Assembly (NCBI GenBank): GCA_045224495.1
Contig: JBGVAK010000086.1
Coordinates: 1-52,245, forward strand
Source: Christensenellales bacterium
GTDB lineage: Bacteria > Bacillota > Clostridia > Christensenellales > CAG-138
Direction of reading: 5' to 3'
Length of the DNA stretch: 52,245 bases
Shown: positions 8,529 to 16,503 of the stretch, one piece after another
Position numbering within the stretch: the first letter of the stretch is position 1
Layout: every line of letters starts with the position of its first letter
Program-made: the position numbers and the translations under genes
The notes under the pieces: generated by a model
The model's input: the letters and a program-made list of their open reading frames with translations, nothing else
What the model was told of the DNA's origin: nothing
Databases searched by the model: none

Positions 8529-9779
8529 ATGGAACTTGCCATTTTGATCGTTTCCTCCCTGTCCCTGATCGCCCTCATCATCCTCATCATCCTGGTGGTC
8601 CAGCTTCGGCAGGAGGACCTGTACGAGGATATTTTGGACAAGCTGTCCGACCAGCGGCGGGAGCTCAACGACGCGGTCCACTCCGCCCTGGGCGGCTTCG
8701 GCCAGCTCATGGACAACGGCCAGCGGAACTTCGCCCAACAGCAGAACGACAACCAGCGCAGCTTCCAGCAGAGCGTGGAGCTGCGGCTGGACGCCTTTGA
8801 AAAGGCCAATCTGGAGCGGCTGGGCACCTTCGAGCGCACCAACACGGACAGGCTTGACAGCATCCGCTCCACCATGGAGAAGCGCCTCTCCGCCCTGCAG
8901 GAGGACAACAACAAGCGGCTGGATCAGATGCAGCAGGTGGTGGACGAGAAGCTCCAGTCCACTTTGGAGAACCGCATCAGCAAGAGCTTCGAAATGGTTT
9001 CTAAGCAGTTGGAGGCCGTCTACAAGGGCCTGGGCGAGATGCAGCAGGTGGCCGCCGGGGTCACCGACCTCAAGAAGGTCCTGTCCAACGTGAAGACCCG
9101 CGGCATCCTGGGCGAGATCCAGCTGGGCGCCATCCTGGAGGAGATCCTCTCCCCCGAGCAGTACGACACCAACGTAGCCACCCGTCCCGGCAGCGCCGAC
9201 CGGGTGGAGTACGCCGTGAAGCTTCCCGGCACCGGTGATACCCCCGTATACCTGCCCATCGACGCCAAGTTCCCCGGGGACACCTACGCCGCCCTCATGG
9301 ACGCCTACGACATGGGCGATCCGGGCGCCATCGCCGCCGCGGCCGCTGCCCTGACCACCCGCCTCAAACAGGAGGCCAAGGACGTGTCAGGCAAGTATAT
9401 CGCGCCCCCCGCCACCACGGACTTCGCCATCATCTTCCTGCCCTTCGAGGGGCTGTACGCGGAGGCGGTGAACCGAGGCATGGTGGAGGAACTGCAGAAG
9501 CGGTACAAGGTGAACCTGGCCGGGCCCTCCACCATGGCGGCCCTCCTCAACAGCCTGCAGATGGGCTTTAGGACCCTGGCCATCGAGAAGCGGTCCAGCG
9601 AGGTGTGGGAGATCCTTCGCTCCGTCCGCACGGAGTTCGACAAGTTCGGGGACGTGCTGGAGGCCTCCCAGCGGCACCTGCAGCAGGTCTCCGGGGACCT
9701 GGACCAGTTGGTGGGCGTCAGGACCCGGCAGATACAAAGCAAGCTCAAAAACGTGGAAAAGCTGGAGGACGGGCAGTGA
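8529..9779 (+). CDS. rmuC: DNA recombination protein RmuC
   Basis: N-terminal TM helix, long coiled-coil, then the KTRGILGEIQLGAILE ... YLPIDAKFP ... FLPFEGLYAE blocks typical of RmuC. Confidence 0.85.
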   Translation: MELAILIVSSLSLIALIILIILVVQLRQEDLYEDILDKLSDQRRELNDAVHSALGGFGQLMDNGQRNFAQQQNDNQRSFQQSVELRLDAFEKANLERLGTFERTNTDRLDSIRSTMEKRLSALQEDNNKRLDQMQQVVDEKLQSTLENRISKSFEMVSKQLEAVYKGLGEMQQVAAGVTDLKKVLSNVKTRGILGEIQLGAILEEILSPEQYDTNVATRPGSADRVEYAVKLPGTGDTPVYLPIDAKFPGDTYAALMDAYDMGDPGAIAAAAAALTTRLKQEAKDVSGKYIAPPATTDFAIIFLPFEGLYAEAVNRGMVEELQKRYKVNLAGPSTMAALLNSLQMGFRTLAIEKRSSEVWEILRSVRTEFDKFGDVLEASQRHLQQVSGDLDQLVGVRTRQIQSKLKNVEKLEDGQ

Positions 9780-9797
9780 GCCCGTCCTCTTTTTATT
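9765..9797 (+). terminator. Intrinsic terminator after rmuC
   Basis: GAGGACGGGC-agtga-GCCCGTCCTC followed by TTTTTATTT. Confidence 0.8.
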
Positions 9798-9807
9798 TGA
9801 TATTCAT

Positions 9808-11004
9808 TTATGCCCACGGCATTTTCAATGTAAAGGATTCGCTCTTTTCGTCCATCTCGTAGCGCTTTTCCTTGTGGGTGGGGTCGTCCAGCCAGTCGTA
9901 GTCGTCAAGGTAGGGCGAATAGTTCACGCAGCGGATCTCGCGGTTCTCCTCGTCGAACTGCATGAGGCGCAGGTAGCCGCCGCCGCCCTCCTTCCCCGCC
10001 GCTTGGTAGTTCATCATGATCTCGTAGACCGTCCGCTCCTTGACCCCGTCCCCGTCGTCGTCGAAGACGTCCTCCAGGGTGTACAGGCCGTATCGATGGC
10101 CGCAGAGGACCATGTACACATTGGGGCATTTGGCCACCACCTGTTCCCGCAGCTGCTTGCCCGCCTCGGAGAGGGTCCCTTCCGTGGTGATGAAATCGTG
10201 GAGACACAGGATGCCCACCCGATCCGGGTACTTTTGGAAGCTCTTGACCATAAACTGGATGGCCTTTTTGTCGGGGGCATGGCTCATGTACACAAAGATA
10301 TAGTCGCGCCCGCAGACGGTGACCAGGTCGTAGTGGCCCCGATTGTTCTCGAAGCTCTCCCCGTAGCAGGGCTGCTGACTATACTGCTTCTCCCCAAAGT
10401 ATTTCCCGTAGTTCTTGTATCCGCCCTTGGCGGGATCCATGTCGTGGTTGCCGGCCAGGACGCCCGTGGGGATGCCGTTGAGCAGGTCCATAGCCTCCCG
10501 CGCCGTCTGCCAGTTTTCGAGGTCGTCGTTCACGTGGACCAGGTCCCCCGTGTGCACCACGTACACAAGGTGCATCTGGTCCGCCTTGTCCCGAAGAAAG
10601 CCGGTCATGGCCGGATAGATATCCGGGGAAAGCTGGTTCTTGCGGTAGTTGGCGTAGTGCTGGGTGTCGGAGAGCCAGGCCACAGTCTCCACCCCATCCG
10701 CCACCTGATACCGCTCCTCGGGCGCCGGGGTGTCCGTGGGCTCGGCCGTAGCCGCTGTGGTGGGCTCCGCCGTAGGCGTCGCTGGAGGTTCCGTGGCCTC
10801 GGGGACGAAGATGCTCTCATTGGACGGATAGGGCCAGGGCGTCTCCTGGGGTGCGGCGGTGGGCGTGGCCAACAGAGGCGCTATCTCCACCTGAAGGCTG
10901 TCCGTAGGTGATGCTGTAGGCTGAACGCCCGTGTCCTTAGCCGTGCCCCGGCAACCCAGGAGGATCAATAGGACCGATATGCAGATGATCACATGTTTTT
11001 TCAT
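9808..11004 (-). CDS. Metallophosphoesterase lipoprotein (calcineurin-like)
   Basis: Lipobox LLILLGC, PT-rich linker, and VHTGDLV, GNHD and CGHRYG motifs. Confidence 0.8.
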   Translation of the reverse strand: MKKHVIICISVLLILLGCRGTAKDTGVQPTASPTDSLQVEIAPLLATPTAAPQETPWPYPSNESIFVPEATEPPATPTAEPTTAATAEPTDTPAPEERYQVADGVETVAWLSDTQHYANYRKNQLSPDIYPAMTGFLRDKADQMHLVYVVHTGDLVHVNDDLENWQTAREAMDLLNGIPTGVLAGNHDMDPAKGGYKNYGKYFGEKQYSQQPCYGESFENNRGHYDLVTVCGRDYIFVYMSHAPDKKAIQFMVKSFQKYPDRVGILCLHDFITTEGTLSEAGKQLREQVVAKCPNVYMVLCGHRYGLYTLEDVFDDDGDGVKERTVYEIMMNYQAAGKEGGGGYLRLMQFDEENREIRCVNYSPYLDDYDWLDDPTHKEKRYEMDEKSESFTLKMPWA

Positions 11005-11010
11005 GTCTAT

Positions 11011-11039
11011 ATGGTATCACAATTCCCGCAAAAAGCCAA
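11011..11039 (-). promoter_or_regulatory. Promoter placed for a leaderless metallophosphoesterase mRNA
   Basis: Minus strand reads TTGGCT, N17, TGaTACCAT, atagac, ATG(11004). No SD. Confidence 0.4.
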
Positions 11040-11295
11040 TCCGCGTTCACGGGATGTTAACATAGAAAATGCGTTTGTGTTGCACTTTGCACAAACTCCT
11101 GCCCCATTTGCCCCCTATACTGAAGCCATCCCCAGTGGAAAGGAGGATAGCTCACCGCAAAAAGTACCTGCCATGCATATGTTGATCGGGCTCCTGCCTT
11201 GCCCCCGGCAAGTACGTACGGTCGGAAAACAGGCAGCCTACCAGTTCCCCGCCAGACTCCCAAGCCCATGAGGAGCAGCAGGCGGCCATCATAAC

Positions 11296-11334
11296 GAACG
11301 CGCCGGTTCCCCCTCCTTGCTTTCCGGCGCGTTC
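11296..11334. other. 11-bp GC-rich hairpin (GAACGCGCCGG / CCGGCGCGTTC, 17-nt loop)
   Basis: Read directly. It is followed on the plus strand by TTTGGTATTCTT and overlaps the putative promoter of the PPTase gene. Confidence 0.6.
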
Positions 11335-11345
11335 TTTGGTATTCT
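11317..11345 (+). promoter_or_regulatory. Promoter placed for a leaderless PPTase mRNA
   Basis: TTGCTT, N17, TGgTATTCT, tacagt, ATG(11352). No SD. Confidence 0.4.
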
Positions 11346-11351
11346 TACAGT

Positions 11352-11930
11352 ATGAAACTGTATCTGCTTTCCTGCGAGAACATTGAGCTATATGCTGAGC
11401 GCATCCTCCCCCTGCTCCCAGAGCAGCGGCGGGCTGCCTATGCCCGCTCCCGGTCGAAGTTGACCCTGGGGGCCGGGCTGCTGCTGTCCTCCGTTCTGAA
11501 CGTGCGTCGGGACGAGGACTTGATCTTCGGGCAGTACGGCAAGCCTCTCTTAGCTAAGGGGGCGCCCCATTTCAGCCTGTCCCACAGCGGGGAGCACGTT
11601 CTCTTGGGCGTCAGCGACTATCCCATCGGTGTGGACATGGAGCGAGTGGACCGAAAGGTACCCGAGGACGTACAAAAGAGGGTCTGCCTGCCCCAGGAAC
11701 AGGGCCTGGACCCGCTGCAGGTCTTCACCCGAAAGGAATGCGCCATGAAGCTGACGGGCCTGGGGTTCACCCTGCCGCTGCAGCAGATCGACACCACGTC
11801 AGACCATCCCTGGCATGGCGAGTCGTATCGGTTTTTCACGATGGAACGAGACGGGTATCTATTGTCGGTCCTGACATCAGAGGACGAGCTGCCGGAGCTT
11901 CAACGGCTCACGCCGGAGGAATTGTTGTAG
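11352..11930 (+). CDS. 4'-phosphopantetheinyl transferase, Sfp type
   Basis: GKPLL, FSLSHSG, GVDMERV and FTRKECAMKL motifs. Confidence 0.8.
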   Translation: MKLYLLSCENIELYAERILPLLPEQRRAAYARSRSKLTLGAGLLLSSVLNVRRDEDLIFGQYGKPLLAKGAPHFSLSHSGEHVLLGVSDYPIGVDMERVDRKVPEDVQKRVCLPQEQGLDPLQVFTRKECAMKLTGLGFTLPLQQIDTTSDHPWHGESYRFFTMERDGYLLSVLTSEDELPELQRLTPEELL

Positions 11931-13057
11931 GTCTCGTCGACGAACCGCCGGATCCGCGCCGCCGCCTCCAGCAGGAGCGCCATGTCCTTTGTGTACGCCA
12001 GCCGCACATAGCCCGGGCAGCAGAAGGCGCTGCCGGGGGTCAGGGCCACGCTCGCATCCTGCAGCAGCTTTTTGCAGAAGGCCGCGTCGTCGTCCAATCG
12101 AGAAACATCCAGCCACAGATAGAACGCGCCGGCGTTCTTCTTTGTTTTTATGCCCTTTATGTCGGATAAAGCCTCGTGCAGCCTGTCCCGGCGTTCAAGG
12201 AAAACCGCTTTCGTGGCTTTCTCGTAGCCGTCGTCCATGAAAAGCGCTGCCAGCGCCGCCTGCTCCGACAGGGAGCAGGGGCAGCCCAGGGCGTGGCTCA
12301 GGTAAGCCCCCATGGCCTGAGCTACAGGCGCAGGCGCCACGGCGTAGCCCAGCCGCAGCCCCGCCATGGCGTAAGTCTTGGATGCGCTGTTGACCAGGAT
12401 CAGCCGATCCCGTATCTCTGAAAAATCGTACAGGCTGGTGAACGCCCCCTCGTAGGCGAAGGCGCTGTAGACCTCGTCGGCGATGAGATAGAGGTCGTGT
12501 TCCTGGCACACGCGGACCAGCTTCCCCAGGGCCGCCCGCCCATACACCGCCCCCGTGGGGTTCACCGGATTGTTGAGCAGGATGGCCTTGGTGCGGTCCG
12601 TCATATGCGATTCTATGGCCTTCCCCGACACGACGAAATCCCGCGCCGGGTCCCCCAGCACCACGATGGGCTCCCCGCCCGCCAGACGCACCATCTCGGG
12701 GTAGCTGGTGTAGCAGGGTGCAGGCAGGATCACCTCATCCCCCGGCCCAACGATGCAGGCTACGGCAGCGTTCAAGAGGGGCTTAGCCCCGGCGGAGATC
12801 AGCACCTCCCCCGCCGTCCAGCCCATGCGCTGGCGCACAGCCGCCTTGACTTTTTGCGAACCGGTGGCGGGCACATAGCTGGTCAGATCAGCGTCCAGGG
12901 CAGCCCGGACCGCCTCCTTCCCCACATCGGGCATGGGGAGATCCACCTGTCCTGCGGTCAGGTTGATCACGTCCCGTCCGGCAGCCATGAGCTCCCTGGC
13001 CTGTTGATCGAGACCCATGGTCACGGAGGGCTGTACCTGTCGATATAAGGGCTTCAT
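11900..13057 (-). CDS. Class I/II pyridoxal-phosphate aminotransferase (aspartate aminotransferase-like)
   Basis: Start at MKPLYRQ (ATG 13057, ATGA overlap with the transporter stop). NPVNPTG and SASKTYAMAGLRLGY (PLP lysine) motifs. Confidence 0.85.
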   Translation of the reverse strand: MKPLYRQVQPSVTMGLDQQARELMAAGRDVINLTAGQVDLPMPDVGKEAVRAALDADLTSYVPATGSQKVKAAVRQRMGWTAGEVLISAGAKPLLNAAVACIVGPGDEVILPAPCYTSYPEMVRLAGGEPIVVLGDPARDFVVSGKAIESHMTDRTKAILLNNPVNPTGAVYGRAALGKLVRVCQEHDLYLIADEVYSAFAYEGAFTSLYDFSEIRDRLILVNSASKTYAMAGLRLGYAVAPAPVAQAMGAYLSHALGCPCSLSEQAALAALFMDDGYEKATKAVFLERRDRLHEALSDIKGIKTKKNAGAFYLWLDVSRLDDDAAFCKKLLQDASVALTPGSAFCCPGYVRLAYTKDMALLLEAAARIRRFVDETYNNSSGVSR

Positions 13058-14241
13058 CGCTTCTTCTCCCATCTGTCGATCCATACCGTGGCGGTCACGT
13101 CCCCTGCCACGTTCAAAGAGGTGTAGGCCATGTCCAAAAGGCGGTAGATGCCCGCGTACATGCCTAAGAATAGCTCCGCATGCTCCACCCCCAGCATGCC
13201 GAGATAGGTGGCGCCCAGCACGATACCGCCTCCCGGGATCCCCGGGGCCCCCATGTTCAGGAGCAGGGCGAAGAGAAGCATGGTGAGCAGGGTCCCCAGG
13301 GTGACCGGCTGTCCCGTCATCTGCATAACGAACAAACCTAACAGGCTGAAGGACACGGCCCCGCCGCACATGTGGACCGTACAGCCCAGGGGCGCCACGA
13401 TGCCCACGGTCCGCTCGGAGGCACCAAACGCTTCCCGGCAGGTGCGCATGGTCTCGGGCAGGGTCGCCGCCGAGGAGCAGGTGGACAGGGTCGTCAAAAA
13501 CAGTCGTCCGGTCCTGCGAAAATACTGCCCGGGGCCGATCCTGTCCAGGGCCCACAGGGGCAGGAGCATCACCGCGAACAGAACCAGCAAACACCCGCCG
13601 TAGGCCCAGGCGATATAGGCGCCGGAGGACTTCAGAGCGTCCAGGCCGAAGCCGGCGGTGAACTTCGCCATGAGGGAAAATACGCCCAGGGGCGTCAGCA
13701 TCATGACGTAGGATAGGAGCTTCAGAAAGAAGTCTTCGACAGCCGCCGTCCCTTTCTCAAGAGCATCCGACCTGAATATGCTGCAGAGGAAGCCGCCCAA
13801 CAAGGCGAAAAGTATGGCCGGGAAATAGAGGCCGTTGACGCTGATCACCCCGCCCAGGGAGAGGACGTTCCGCAGCACGCTCCCGGGTGTAAGGGAGACC
13901 TTCTCCCCCTGCCAGGCGGTCTCCCCCAGAAGGGCAAACCCCTTTCCGGGAGCAAAAACGGAATAGAGCATGGCGCACAGGAGGAAGGACGCGGCGAACA
14001 TGACGACGAAGGTGATCAAGGCCCGTATCAGGATACCTGCGGCATTCCTGCCGCCGCGCAGCGCGGCGTGGAACACGGACAGGATCAGGGCGGGCAGGGC
14101 CAGATATTTCAGGATCGTCACATACACGCTGCCTACGAACGATATCCTTTGGGCCAGATCGGGCCAAAGGAGGCCCGCCGCCGCTCCGACAACGAAGCAG
14201 ATGAGCGTAGCCCACGACACGATCCGATCCCTGGTCCTCAT
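13054..14241 (-). CDS. Dicarboxylate/amino acid:cation symporter (DAACS family)
   Basis: Polytopic membrane protein with the CSSAATLPET motif and GAPGIPGGG. Confidence 0.85.
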   Translation of the reverse strand: MRTRDRIVSWATLICFVVGAAAGLLWPDLAQRISFVGSVYVTILKYLALPALILSVFHAALRGGRNAAGILIRALITFVVMFAASFLLCAMLYSVFAPGKGFALLGETAWQGEKVSLTPGSVLRNVLSLGGVISVNGLYFPAILFALLGGFLCSIFRSDALEKGTAAVEDFFLKLLSYVMMLTPLGVFSLMAKFTAGFGLDALKSSGAYIAWAYGGCLLVLFAVMLLPLWALDRIGPGQYFRRTGRLFLTTLSTCSSAATLPETMRTCREAFGASERTVGIVAPLGCTVHMCGGAVSFSLLGLFVMQMTGQPVTLGTLLTMLLFALLLNMGAPGIPGGGIVLGATYLGMLGVEHAELFLGMYAGIYRLLDMAYTSLNVAGDVTATVWIDRWEKKR

Positions 14242-14271
14242 GTTCCACCCCCACGAAAACGATATATGGGT

Positions 14272-14300
14272 ATTGTACTCCCTTATGCGCTCCCGTTCAA
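14272..14300 (-). promoter_or_regulatory. Sigma-A-type promoter of the transporter-aminotransferase operon
   Basis: Minus strand reads TTGAAC (14300-14295), N17, TACAAT (14277-14272). Confidence 0.55.
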
Positions 14301-14301
14301 G

Positions 14302-15069
14302 CTAAATATACTTTTTCAGCCGCTCCAAGGCCCCTTTTTCCAGCCGCGACACCTGGGCCTGGGAGATGCCGATCTCTCGGCTCACCTCCATCTGGGTCTT
14401 CATCTGAAAGTAGCGGAGCTTCACGATCTTCTGCTCCCGTTCATTGAGATGCCCGATCCCCTCCTCCAAAGCGATGCTGTCCAGCCACTTTCCCTCTCCC
14501 GCGCTTTCGTCCCGGATCTGATCGATGACGTACAGGGCGTCCCCGTCCTCGTGAAATACTGGTTCGAAGAGGGACACCGGGTCCACCACGGCATCGAGGG
14601 CGTACACCACGTCCGCCTCCGCAAGACCCAGCTCCTTGGCGATCTCCCCCACCGTGGGCTCCCGATCCAGCTCGTCCGTCAGACGCTTTTTCACCTGCAT
14701 GGCTTTCCCCGCCATGTCCCGCAAGGATCGTGACACCCTAAGAGCCGTATAGTCCCGCAAAAATCGTCGTATCTCCCCGATGATCATGGGCACAGCGTAG
14801 GTGGAAAAGCGGACGTTTTGGGCTACATCGAAGTTGTCGATGGCCTTCATAAGCCCGATGCACCCCACCTGAAAGAGGTCGTCCGCCTGTTCCGACCGAT
14901 TGGAGAACCGCTGGATCACCGAAAGCACCAGCCGTAGGTTCCCCGTCACCAGCTTTTCTCGAGCGTCTTTGTCCCCCGCCTTCGCCTGCACCAAAAGCTG
15001 TCGCATCTCCCCCTGTTTCAACGTGGGCAGCGCAGACGTGTCCACGCCGCAAATGACTACCTTGTTCAA
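14302..15069 (-). CDS. sigG: Sporulation sigma factor SigG
   Basis: NKVVICGVDTSALPTLK, GNLRLVLSVIQRF, FSTYAVPMIIGEIRRFLRD and GISQAQVSRLEK match SigG rather than SigF. I propose the TTG start at 15069 after AAAGGAAA. The track ORF from 15135 adds a non-homologous N-terminal extension. Confidence 0.85.
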   Translation of the reverse strand: MNKVVICGVDTSALPTLKQGEMRQLLVQAKAGDKDAREKLVTGNLRLVLSVIQRFSNRSEQADDLFQVGCIGLMKAIDNFDVAQNVRFSTYAVPMIIGEIRRFLRDYTALRVSRSLRDMAGKAMQVKKRLTDELDREPTVGEIAKELGLAEADVVYALDAVVDPVSLFEPVFHEDGDALYVIDQIRDESAGEGKWLDSIALEEGIGHLNEREQKIVKLRYFQMKTQMEVSREIGISQAQVSRLEKGALERLKKYI

Positions 15070-15143
15070 TCCCGTTTCCTTTCTTCTTGCATATCCCTCC
15101 CATCGTTCAGGATGACCCGAAACGGGGCCCTTCAATCACGCAG

Positions 15144-15173
15144 TTGCAAGAAGATCGGAAGCTGTGGTATACT
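15144..15173 (+). promoter_or_regulatory. Sigma-A-type promoter of the second phosphodiester glycosidase gene
   Basis: TTGCAA, N18, TGgTATACT. ATGs follow at 15174 and 15183 with no SD. Confidence 0.5.
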
Positions 15174-15182
15174 ATGCAGTCG

Positions 15183-16250
15183 ATGAAGCACGAAAACGAA
15201 AAAAAGCGCCGAAAGCGCATAGTATATGAGACTATCCGGACCACCGTGGCGACGCTGTTGCTGCTGGGCGTCAGCCTTTTGACCTTCGCCTGGTTCCACC
15301 ACGCCCGTCCCAAGCAGCGCACCAGCGCCGGCCTTATGACCGCTACGCCCACCCCCGCTGCCGTAGCTCAGGCTCTGGATCAGGAAGCCATCGCGTCCCT
15401 CCCTACCCCCGCCCCTTCCGAGGAGGTCCCGGCCACGCCGGAGCCCACGCCCGTATACGTACCCTGGATCGAAAAATACGCGGATCAGTTCACCCATACC
15501 ATCGTTTCCGACGAACAGGGGTATTCCAGCCCGGACGTGGCTATCCGCATCACCAAGGTCCAATACGGCAAAGCGGACACGGCCATGTACTATCTGGCGG
15601 ACATCTACCTGACGGACGTGTTTCAGTTCGAGACGGTGCTGGCCAAGGACACCTTCGGTCGCGGCCTGCGGGAGAGCGTGAAGGAGATGGGAAAGCGCAG
15701 CGGCGCCCTTTTAGCTATTACGGGGGACACCTACGGCAACCAGGACAAGGGCATCGTTATCCGCAACGGCATCGTCCATCGACAGGAGAAAAGCGAGTTC
15801 GACGTGTGCGTCCTCTACTACGACGGTACCATGCGCACCTTTTCCCCGGAGGATTTCTCCCTGGAGCAGGCCATCGCCGAGGGCGCCTACCAGGCCTGGA
15901 CCTTCGGACCGCTGCTGCTGGACGAGCAGGGTCAGCCCATTCCCGACGAAAAGCTGAACACCAGCAAGAACATCCGCCGGGCCAACCCTCGCGCCGGCAT
16001 CGGCTACTACGAACCGGGCCACTACTGCTTCGTGGTGGTGGATGGGCGCACAGACGACGCCTCCGGTTTGACGCTGGAACAGTTTTCCCAGCTATTTGCG
16101 GATCTTGGGTGCCAAGCTGCCTACAATATGGACGGCGGCCGATCCGCTGAGATATACTTCGACGGCCGCGTCCTCAACGACCCTTACAAGGGCGGCCGTT
16201 CTGTCAGCGACTGTCTGATCATTCGAGAGACCTTCGGAAAGGAACCGTAA
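15183..16250 (+). CDS. Phosphodiester glycosidase family protein, paralogue of 7404-8468
   Basis: Same architecture (TM helix, PT-rich linker). IGYYEPGHYCFVVVDGR and NMDGGRSA blocks. The start is uncertain (15174 or 15183). Confidence 0.7.
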   Translation: MKHENEKKRRKRIVYETIRTTVATLLLLGVSLLTFAWFHHARPKQRTSAGLMTATPTPAAVAQALDQEAIASLPTPAPSEEVPATPEPTPVYVPWIEKYADQFTHTIVSDEQGYSSPDVAIRITKVQYGKADTAMYYLADIYLTDVFQFETVLAKDTFGRGLRESVKEMGKRSGALLAITGDTYGNQDKGIVIRNGIVHRQEKSEFDVCVLYYDGTMRTFSPEDFSLEQAIAEGAYQAWTFGPLLLDEQGQPIPDEKLNTSKNIRRANPRAGIGYYEPGHYCFVVVDGRTDDASGLTLEQFSQLFADLGCQAAYNMDGGRSAEIYFDGRVLNDPYKGGRSVSDCLIIRETFGKEP

Positions 16251-16499
16251 ATGCGTCGTTTTTTGATTAAAGTTCTGCAAGCTGTCCTAATCGTGCTGGC
16301 CCTTATGATGATGATCTTCCTGGTGCTGGACGGGTTCAACCCCACCATGAACTTCCTGCGCAACGACATCACCAAAGGGCTGCTGTGGGCGTTCTCTCTG
16401 CTGGCCCTCCTGGACGGTCTCCTGGTCATGGCCTTGATCATCACCGGCCGCGTCCGCACCGGAAAGAGGCATAAACACATCAACCATAGCGAAGAATAA
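16251..16499 (+). CDS. Small membrane protein (two predicted TM helices)
   Basis: TAAATG junction with the upstream gene, SD GGAAAGGAA, and a hydrophobic composition. Confidence 0.5.
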   Translation: MRRFLIKVLQAVLIVLALMMMIFLVLDGFNPTMNFLRNDITKGLLWAFSLLALLDGLLVMALIITGRVRTGKRHKHINHSEE

Positions 16500-16503
16500 A
16501 CCC

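Noticed and set aside
11152-11292. A 46-codon Cys-rich frame (MMAACCSSWAWESGGELVGC...) on the minus strand, considered as a possible peptide precursor near the PPTase gene.
   Set aside because: - It has a linear SD spacing of about 15 nt and several rare codons (AGG, TTG, GTA, TCA).
- No neighbouring maturation genes are present.
- I kept it only as a side note in the hairpin finding.
11100-11350. A known riboswitch, tmRNA, SRP RNA or 6S RNA in the long intergenic region.
   Set aside because: I could not recognise any diagnostic motif (no B12 box, GEMM, ZTP, TPP, tmRNA tag frame or SRP GNAR/AGCA motifs). This needs a covariance-model scan before any claim.
13058-13594. The N-terminal 179 residues of the 564-aa track ORF (11900-13594).
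   Set aside because: This part overlaps the DAACS transporter gene in another frame and is Arg/Gly/Pro-rich junk. The aminotransferase homology starts at MKPLYRQ (ATG 13057), with an ATGA overlap.
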